A stretch of 26,912 nt of DNA from Treponema sp. (GTDB taxonomy: Bacteria; Spirochaetota; Spirochaetia; Treponematales; Breznakiellaceae): assembly GCA_031278715.1 (NCBI GenBank), contig JAITJW010000115.1, positions 1-26,912 on the forward strand, read 5' to 3'. Of this stretch, positions 16,127 through 22,681 are shown one piece after another. The notes under the pieces were generated by a model, which was not told the origin of the DNA, did no database searches, and saw only the letters and a list, made by a program, of their open reading frames with translations. A program made the translations under genes and the position numbers. The first letter of the stretch is position 1. Each line of letters opens with the position of its first letter.

Positions 16127-17377
16127 TTACTCGTTCACCACCTCCAGCGCCGCCGGGGATCCGTAGGATTCGATCCGTTCACAGGCGTTTTGAAGACCGT
16201 CCTCGCCGCGGACCAGGGTTCCCAGCCGCGCGGCGTTTTCCCGGTACGATTGACTGGTCAGCAGGTCCAGGACCTTCTTTTTCAGCTCCCCCTTTGAAAT
16301 TCGCCCGATATCGGCGCCCCTGGGACCAAGGCCAAGCTTATAGATCCGGTGGGCCCAGTAGAACTGATCGATGATCAGGGGAAGGGCCATCTGGGGTTTC
16401 CCGGCACGGGCCGCGCTGTGGGTGGTCCCGCTGCCGCCGTGGTGGATAACGGCGTCCATGTAGGGAAAGATAAACGTATGGGGGACGGCCTTGTCCAGCA
16501 GAAACAGATGTTCCCCCGTGCCCAGGTGTACCCCCACCTTCCACCAACCGCAGCCCACAACCAGTTTATAAGCCTCCTCGCGGCATACCTCAAACAGCCG
16601 CCGGGCAAAGATATCCCGTTTTTCGGTATTACAGCTTCCCAACGTAAAAAAGATAGTGGGCCGACGGTCCTTTTTGACAAAATCGAGGAGCTGCCGCTGC
16701 AGATTCCCGTCGTAGGGGAACATGTCGTTAAAACAGTAACCGCCAATACCCCAGCGGTAGTTCCAGTCCGGGTCCGTTTCGCCCAGGTAACGACTGTAGA
16801 GAAGAAAGTTATCCGCGGTGGCCGGGGCGTGTTCCGCCTGATCCCGGATATCCTCCATGCCCAGGGCCCGGCGCTGCAGATTTAAGGTCTTTTTCACCAT
16901 CATGTTAAGCCCCAGGTTCAGCAGGGCCCAGAGCAAGGCCGGCCGGACAAGGGGCATGGGCTCAGGGAAGGGGAACACCGGAGGCGGTATCCGCCGACCC
17001 GGGATAAAGGGACCAAAGGCAGTACGGACAAGGGGTTTCCCGCAGTATTCGGCTACGCTGGGGGCGGCAAACTCCGTATTGGCCGCCACCAGAACATCGT
17101 GCCGTTCCAGCAGCGGGATAAACTCCTCAAACTGGCTTTTTATAACCCGCCGAGTCCAGGCCAGAAGATCCTTCGTACTGGGGACACCCCCCACCATGCC
17201 GGCAATATCGTCAACCGCCTGGAGCGTATAAGTAACCCCCGCGTCTTTTGCCTCGTTCTCAAAGAGCCGGGGCAGACTTACCGTTACCCTATGACCGCGC
17301 TTTTCAAGTTCTTTGGCCAGAGCCAGATAGGGGTAAATATCCCCCTGGGAACCCCGGCCCGCTAATAGTATTCTCAT
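16127..17377 (-). CDS. GT1-family UDP-glycosyltransferase (MGT/OleD/sterol-glucosyltransferase-like)
   Basis: 416 aa. The C-terminal donor-binding signature VIHHGGSGTTHSAARAGKPQMALPLIIDQFYWA matches the HHGGxGT...P..DQ motif. The N-terminus MRILLAGRGSQGDIYPYLALAKEL is typical of the GT-B fold. The ATG overlaps the radical SAM stop (ATGA). Confidence 0.85.
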   Translation of the reverse strand: MRILLAGRGSQGDIYPYLALAKELEKRGHRVTVSLPRLFENEAKDAGVTYTLQAVDDIAGMVGGVPSTKDLLAWTRRVIKSQFEEFIPLLERHDVLVAANTEFAAPSVAEYCGKPLVRTAFGPFIPGRRIPPPVFPFPEPMPLVRPALLWALLNLGLNMMVKKTLNLQRRALGMEDIRDQAEHAPATADNFLLYSRYLGETDPDWNYRWGIGGYCFNDMFPYDGNLQRQLLDFVKKDRRPTIFFTLGSCNTEKRDIFARRLFEVCREEAYKLVVGCGWWKVGVHLGTGEHLFLLDKAVPHTFIFPYMDAVIHHGGSGTTHSAARAGKPQMALPLIIDQFYWAHRIYKLGLGPRGADIGRISKGELKKKVLDLLTSQSYRENAARLGTLVRGEDGLQNACERIESYGSPAALEVVNE

Positions 17378-18588
17378 ACGATGCCTATCTCCTGGAGTTT
17401 ATCCCGGTCCAGCGAGTACTTGCGTTCAAGATCCCGCAGCACGTTTTCGTTGATCGCGATAGGCCGGTTCAGTTTTTTCGTCTCCCGGTTGCTCTTGATC
17501 AGCATGGCGATCATCTTTCCCGGATTGAACGTGATGGAACTCATGATCCAGCAGCCATGAGTACACCAGCAGTTCGCCTTGTAGCCGTGTCCGATAGCCT
17601 CAATTTCCCTTTTCATGGCCTGACTTTGCATAATGGCCCGTACATCGCAGCCGTAGTCCTTCACATTGCCGATGGGCGGCCGCAGCTCGCAGGAACGGAA
17701 GCGGCCGTCATAGTCCAGCACCAGGGTAGTTTCCCCCGCAGTACAGTCCATGTTCCAGGGCGTAGGCTTCTCTAAATTTTCCGCCCGGATATTGTACATG
17801 GCCCGCATCAGCCCCACATAGAAGAATTTGGTCAGCCCCCGGCCCAAGGCGCCCATCCCCTCCCCGATGCGCTTGGCGTAGAGCAGGTAATAGGGGGCAA
17901 TCTGGTCCTGTATCTCCCGCAGGGATTTTTCCGTCAGGACCTTCACCCCGTCTTCCCGGGTGTTCCCCCGTGCCGCCTCGATGGTATGGGTGGAAACGTT
18001 GAACCTGCCGTAGACCCAGGCCACAAAGTCCAACACCTCCTCCACATTGTACTTGGTGATAACCGTGGCGATGTTTTTTATCAGATGACCATCGTCGTGG
18101 AACTCGTCGTCGATCTTCTTTAAGGCCGCCGCAGCGCGATAAAAACTCTCCACCCCCCGCTGAGTGTCGTGAGTCGCCCCAAACCCGTCCAGGGATATAC
18201 TGATGGAAACATTGGAGTCCGGACAGTTCTGCCGTATCCGCTTAAGCCACTGGATAAGCCGGTCACTGAGGATACCGTTGGAGGGAAAATTGATGTCCGT
18301 GATGTGGTTGTTCCGGTAGAACATCTCGATAATCTCCGGCAGATCCTCCCGCAGAGTCGGCTCCCCGCCGGAAAGCCAGAGCCGCTTAAAGTTCCCCGCA
18401 GTTTCGGACAGCTTTTTGATCTCGTCAAACGAGAGATCCGGCTGCTTTTGGGACATATCGTCCGCGTAAAAGCACATGGCGCACCTGGCATTACACTTTC
18501 CCGTGGTAAAGAGAAAGACCGATTCCAATTGCCGCCTGGCGTTCAGAGAGTTAAAGGAACTCCCGGAACGTTTTGTTTTCCCTGCCAT
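17374..18588 (-). CDS. Radical SAM enzyme with a C-terminal SPASM/twitch-type auxiliary cluster domain
   Basis: CNARCAMCFY is a CX3CX2C motif with an aromatic residue next to the third Cys. GGEP and SLDG motifs are present. The C-terminus has C-X13-G-X4-C (CTAGETTLVLDYDGRFRSC) and then CWCTHGC. GGAG lies 6 nt upstream of the ATG at 18588 (MAGKTKR...). The track's ATG at 18600 has no RBS. Confidence 0.85.
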   Translation of the reverse strand: MAGKTKRSGSSFNSLNARRQLESVFLFTTGKCNARCAMCFYADDMSQKQPDLSFDEIKKLSETAGNFKRLWLSGGEPTLREDLPEIIEMFYRNNHITDINFPSNGILSDRLIQWLKRIRQNCPDSNVSISISLDGFGATHDTQRGVESFYRAAAALKKIDDEFHDDGHLIKNIATVITKYNVEEVLDFVAWVYGRFNVSTHTIEAARGNTREDGVKVLTEKSLREIQDQIAPYYLLYAKRIGEGMGALGRGLTKFFYVGLMRAMYNIRAENLEKPTPWNMDCTAGETTLVLDYDGRFRSCELRPPIGNVKDYGCDVRAIMQSQAMKREIEAIGHGYKANCWCTHGCWIMSSITFNPGKMIAMLIKSNRETKKLNRPIAINENVLRDLERKYSLDRDKLQEIGIV

Positions 18589-18647
18589 CGTAATCTCCAT
18601 TCATTCAGATACAGATAAAAGATGAACAAATTCATCAATTTTGTCGA

Positions 18648-18676
18648 ATAATAGGCATTTCCCGGTATTTTGTCCA
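18648..18676 (-). promoter_or_regulatory. Sigma-70-type promoter (-35 TGGACA, 17-nt spacer, -10 TATTAT) for the radical SAM/glycosyltransferase operon, overlapping a direct repeat CTGGACA-caca-CTGGACA
   Basis: The minus strand reads ctggacacacaCTGGACAaaataccgggaaatgccTATTATtcg. The -10 is about 60 nt upstream of the radical SAM start. The direct heptamer repeat spans 18671-18688. Confidence 0.45.
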
Positions 18677-18850
18677 GTGTGTGTCCAGTAACTAGCAGCA
18701 ATTTACAGCCTTACGCATAAACTTGTGGATCTGGGCGCATCCCCGGCTCCGCCGGGGACCGGGCTTTCCGCTCCAATCCCTTGCGCGTTTAGCGGTACGG
18801 AGGAACCTATTAGCCTCTTGCAGGTTTTATGAGCGAAGCGTAACAGGCTG

Positions 18851-19792
18851 CTAGCATCTTCCCGGAGGCTTGCGGATCTCCTCTGGTTCCCAGCTGGACT
18901 TCTTTCGTATCTTCCCTTTCAGTACCGGCCGTCCTGTAATGTCCAGTTCCCATTGGGCCATCAGTGTGGAAAGGCTGGACGATACAGTACCTGCCGAGAT
19001 GCCCGTTACTTCCGCAATCTGCCGGTGGGTGGCGTCCATTCTGAGTTTGGCAAAACGCTTGCGCAGTCCCGCAAGCCGTTTTCGGGCCCGTTCCAGTTGG
19101 TTTTTAATCACCTGGTAGCGGTTGCTTTCCGGCAGTAGTATTTTTAACCGCTTTTCCCAGGCGATACAGCGGTAGAACTGGGTCGTTATCCGTTCCTGAA
19201 ACAGGCGGATATCCTCTTCTTTGCGGCTCCGGTACAAGTGCAGTTTTTCTATCATCAGCTTTAGTACTTCAAGTTCTACCCCCGTGTAGGGGGCAATTCG
19301 TTCAATGAAATCCTCGGAAATAAAGTAATAGGATTTTAAGATGAGCAGCAGAATCTGCCGGGACTTAAACAGTTCCCGTGGGACTACCGCTTTGAGCGGT
19401 TTGCCCTCATCTTCCCCTTCTTCCGATTCCGGATAACCGAATTCCGGGCTGTGGACCTCAATATCCATGCTGTGGGTAGCCCAGGCGGCGCATTCGGTTA
19501 TGTAATGGTCTATCTGATCGGTTTTGTATTCCTTCATGGAGTAGCGGATAAGGGCTCCGATGTATGTGGAAAAGGCCGCCCCGTTGCCTTTGAACTGCCG
19601 GATAGCCCTGCTAAGCCGGGGGTAAATCCAGCACAGATAATCGACGATCTCTCCTTCGCTGCCGCCAAACCACCGGTAATTCCGGGCATTTTCCAGGATG
19701 GCGTTGAACATTTTTCCTTCCAGTTCCCGCCGATCAATTGTACCGTCAAGGTAGTTCTGGTACAGTACATCAAGGTTACCAAGATTTTCCAT
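18851..19792 (-). CDS. Sigma-70-family-like protein: region-2-like N-terminus, a long acidic linker and a region-4 HTH
   Basis: AAGGAG 7 nt upstream of the ATG. FSTYIGALIRYSMKEY resembles the sigma region 2.3/2.4 signature (FSTYAxWWIRQ). The C-terminal ATHRQIAEVTGISAGTVSSSLSTL is a typical region-4 HTH. The roughly 150-aa middle segment (with ESEEGEDEG) is not typical of ECF sigmas. Confidence 0.55.
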   Translation of the reverse strand: MENLGNLDVLYQNYLDGTIDRRELEGKMFNAILENARNYRWFGGSEGEIVDYLCWIYPRLSRAIRQFKGNGAAFSTYIGALIRYSMKEYKTDQIDHYITECAAWATHSMDIEVHSPEFGYPESEEGEDEGKPLKAVVPRELFKSRQILLLILKSYYFISEDFIERIAPYTGVELEVLKLMIEKLHLYRSRKEEDIRLFQERITTQFYRCIAWEKRLKILLPESNRYQVIKNQLERARKRLAGLRKRFAKLRMDATHRQIAEVTGISAGTVSSSLSTLMAQWELDITGRPVLKGKIRKKSSWEPEEIRKPPGRC

Positions 19793-19952
19793 GTTTACAC
19801 TCCTTTATTCCTCGATATCGGATTAGTGGGGTGAAACCTCAGTTTTACATTGAAAAAAATGACAAACGTAATATTTTTTTTGTAAATTTTATCCGGTTTC
19901 CCCTTTTTGGGACGGGGAATTTGGCTGTAGCCGGTGAAATTGGGGAGTTTGT

Positions 19953-20042
19953 GGCGCCTATGTTTGCGGCGCCTATGTTTGCGGCGGCTATGTTTGCGGC
20001 GGCTATGTTTGTGGCGGCTATGTTTGTGGCGCCTGTGGTGGT
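19953..20042. repeat. Tandem 15-bp repeat, about 6 copies (ggcgcctatgtttgc / ggcggctatgtttgc / ggcggctatgtttgt), intergenic, 160-250 nt upstream of the sigma-like gene
   Basis: Read directly. It is contiguous with no spacers. On the plus strand it would encode (MFAAA)n inside a 102-aa ORF with no convincing RBS. Confidence 0.85.
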
Positions 20043-20055
20043 TTAGAAGTTCCCC

Positions 20056-21069
20056 TTAGCAGCCTGCTGCAGGGGTAAATATCCGTTCAAAGCGGGAGAG
20101 GATCGTTGGTTTAAGATCCGCGATGATCGCAGTTCTGGCGAAACCCGCGGCGTTTTTGTGGCCCCCGCCGCCGAAATCCGCGGCTACGGCCGCCACATCC
20201 ACCCAATCTCTTGAGCGGAGCCCCACGGTACACCTTTCCGGTGTTTCCTGGCGGATTACGACAATGGCCTCTACATGTACTACGGAGAGGAGCAACTGGT
20301 AGAGGCTGTCGGAATCCCGGCCTTCCAGACCGAAGCGCCTGGTTTCCTCATATTCCTCACAGGTGTAGATAAGCCTGCCGCCAAAGTATTCCTCCACACG
20401 GGAAAGCTGGATCCCCAGGAGGATTCGGGAATTAAAGCTTTTCCCCCCGTTAATTGCGTTGAAGGTGTTCTTGGGGCTTGCCCCTGCGCCGACCATCCTG
20501 CCGGCGCAGGCGAAGGCTTCCATATTTCCCGCGTCAATATGGCGGAAGAATCCCGTATCGGTACAGAAGCCGAAAAGAAGGTATTCCGCTTCCTCCACCG
20601 TCGGGCTAAGGCCCAGGGCTTCGATCAGCGCCAGGATCATGGATGTCGCGGACGGGGCCTCCGGATCAAGGTAAACCACCGTCCCCTCTCCGGGACAGAC
20701 GCCGGTACAGTGGTGATCGATAAGCGCCAGGGGAAGATCCTTGATATGGGCCTCAAGATCCCCGGTGCGTTCCTGGGAAGAACAATCTATAATGATCACC
20801 TGAGCGTTCCGGCGCTCCGCCTCTCCGGGTGAACTCGTAAAAAGCGGTTCATAGGACTTGATTTCGGTCCGCTTGAAGGGGCCTGCGGAACAGAGGATCG
20901 CCTCTTTTCCCAGGCGGCGCAGGGCGGATGCAAGGGCCAGGGAACTGCCGATACAGTCCCCGTCCGGCTCCTTGTGACCGGCCAGGAGGAATTTCGTACC
21001 GGTTCTGATAAAGTCAAGAAGTTCCTGTGGAACCGGTACGGGTTTTACCATAGGCCCGGGCGCCTGCAA
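20056..21069 (-). CDS. nrnA: DHH/DHHA1 phosphoesterase, NrnA-like (nanoRNase/pAp phosphatase)
   Basis: GHKEPDGDCIGS (DHH motif I), LIDHH, and the GGGH motif in DFGGGGHKNAAGF (DHHA1). The track's start is a TTG at 21069. The in-frame ATG at 21051 (MVKPVPVP...) is an alternative. Confidence 0.75.
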   Translation of the reverse strand: MQAPGPMVKPVPVPQELLDFIRTGTKFLLAGHKEPDGDCIGSSLALASALRRLGKEAILCSAGPFKRTEIKSYEPLFTSSPGEAERRNAQVIIIDCSSQERTGDLEAHIKDLPLALIDHHCTGVCPGEGTVVYLDPEAPSATSMILALIEALGLSPTVEEAEYLLFGFCTDTGFFRHIDAGNMEAFACAGRMVGAGASPKNTFNAINGGKSFNSRILLGIQLSRVEEYFGGRLIYTCEEYEETRRFGLEGRDSDSLYQLLLSVVHVEAIVVIRQETPERCTVGLRSRDWVDVAAVAADFGGGGHKNAAGFARTAIIADLKPTILSRFERIFTPAAGC

Positions 21070-21099
21070 ACCTGCACGGCCTTTCCCCTTTGTCCGTTT

Positions 21100-21522
21100 C
21101 TAAAATTCAAGCTGGTAATTTTCATCAATGTTATCAAAGTACTCATCAAGATTTACACCCGCGGGGATATTCCCCCAGCTTGCATGGCTCCTGTTCCGGT
21201 GCAGGTAAAGCCGTACATGGCTGAACTCCCCGCCCCGGTAGTAGACCGCAAGGTAGGGCCAGGCAGGGCCGGGATTCAAATTGATAATCTCCCCTTTGCC
21301 GGCGCTATCGGAAAACCATTCCCGCGGAAGGTAGGTGGTACCCATTTGGGTGGTCCCCTTCCGGTATTTGATCACATAACCCCTTCGGTACGGGTATATC
21401 CGCTCTATCGGAACGTTGTAATAAAAATATTCCGACTCCCTGTCTTCCGGAATGTTCTGCGCAAAAAGAGACGCCGCTTGAAATAACGCAAGCGCGGCAA
21501 GAACAATCAAGAACTTTTTCAT
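21100..21522 (-). CDS. Small secreted protein of unknown function (signal peptide, Tyr/Arg-rich)
   Basis: GGAGG 6 nt upstream of the ATG. MKKFLIVLAALALFQAASLFAQ is a signal peptide. I recognise no motifs. Confidence 0.55.
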   Translation of the reverse strand: MKKFLIVLAALALFQAASLFAQNIPEDRESEYFYYNVPIERIYPYRRGYVIKYRKGTTQMGTTYLPREWFSDSAGKGEIINLNPGPAWPYLAVYYRGGEFSHVRLYLHRNRSHASWGNIPAGVNLDEYFDNIDENYQLEF

Positions 21523-21644
21523 GGCGATCCTCCAGATAGCTTAGAGTTTAAGTATACTAAGCGATTATGGTTCGGTGCAAGCGTTCAGCCGGAATTACAG
21601 GGCATACCGGGAAAGCCATATCTGTGATGTCAGGCTGCCGGCGC

Positions 21645-22592
21645 TTATACAAGACCCAGCGTGGCAAGCATGACGGCCTTTACCGTATGCTTGCGGTTTT
21701 CCGCTTCGTCCCAGGCCCGGCTTCGGGGACCGTCCAGCAGTTCCGCCGTTACCTCTTCCCCCTTAATTGCCGGAAGGCAGTGCATAAAAATACTGTCGGC
21801 CCTGCCGGTCATGTCCATGAGGGCCTGGTTCACCTGGTAGGGCCCCAGAAGGCGTATTCGTTCTTCTTTTTGCCCTTCTTCCCCCATAGAAGCCCAAACG
21901 TCGGTGTAGAGGGCGTGGGCCCCCTCCACCTCTTTCAGATCAGCGGCAACCCGGATATTTGCCCCGGAAGCCCGCGCCGGAGGCTCGCAAAGGGCCAGAA
22001 GCGCCGGATCCGGGCTCAGTTCCGGCGGGCATATCACCGTAACATGGACCCCCAATTTGGCACAGATAACCAGGAGGGAGCGGGCCACGTTGTTCCGGCC
22101 GTCACCCACAAAGCAGAGTTTTTTCCCCGCAGCGTTTCCAAAGTTCTCTTCCAGGGTCTGAATGTCCGCCAGGGCCTGGGTGGGGTGGAACGAATCGGTA
22201 AGCCCGTTGTAAACCGGTACTCCTGAATATTCGGCCAGTGTCTCCGCAGCGGACTGCTTAAAGCCCCGGAACTGGATGGCGCTGAACATGCGCCCCAGTA
22301 CCCGTGCCGTATCTTCCACGGCTTCTTTAACCCCCAAATGAATATCCTGGCCGGAAAGGAACACCGGATGCCCCCCCTCCTCCCCAAAGGCGGTCTCAAA
22401 GGCGCAGCGGGTCCTTGTAGAACGCTTTTCGAAAAGCAGGGCAAGGGTCTTACCGGCAAAACGGCGGCCAATTTCCCCTTTCCGCGCTTCCTCTTTGACC
22501 TGCTGTGAAAGATCCAGAAGGTAACGAATCTCCTCCGCCTGATAATCCAGCCAGGTTAGAAGGGATCTGCCTTTGAACTGCTGTGTGATCAT
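21645..22592 (-). CDS. Ornithine carbamoyltransferase (anabolic ArgF or catabolic ArcB; cannot be told apart here)
   Basis: STRTR carbamoyl-phosphate motif, the DVWASMGEE ornithine-binding motif and FMHCLPA (the OTC-specific HCLP). Confidence 0.9.
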   Translation of the reverse strand: MITQQFKGRSLLTWLDYQAEEIRYLLDLSQQVKEEARKGEIGRRFAGKTLALLFEKRSTRTRCAFETAFGEEGGHPVFLSGQDIHLGVKEAVEDTARVLGRMFSAIQFRGFKQSAAETLAEYSGVPVYNGLTDSFHPTQALADIQTLEENFGNAAGKKLCFVGDGRNNVARSLLVICAKLGVHVTVICPPELSPDPALLALCEPPARASGANIRVAADLKEVEGAHALYTDVWASMGEEGQKEERIRLLGPYQVNQALMDMTGRADSIFMHCLPAIKGEEVTAELLDGPRSRAWDEAENRKHTVKAVMLATLGLV

Positions 22593-22681
22593 AAAATTTT
22601 GCCCCTTGCAGAGAAATTTATCATACCCATCTTTAGAATAACAAGCCGCCGGTATATACTGGTGTAGGAGATAGTGGTGAA

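Noticed and set aside
18601-18850. Looked for a precursor-peptide gene in the 250-bp leader upstream of the radical SAM gene
   Set aside because: The only ORFs are 7-30 codons without an RBS. One (MNLFIFYLYLNEW...) overlaps the rSAM start out of frame. None has the Cys/Ser/Thr/Gly-rich core expected of a SPASM-maturase substrate.
19953-20042. Tandem repeats that might be taken for a CRISPR array
   Set aside because: The units are contiguous with no spacers. They are 15 bp long and imperfect, and there are no cas genes.
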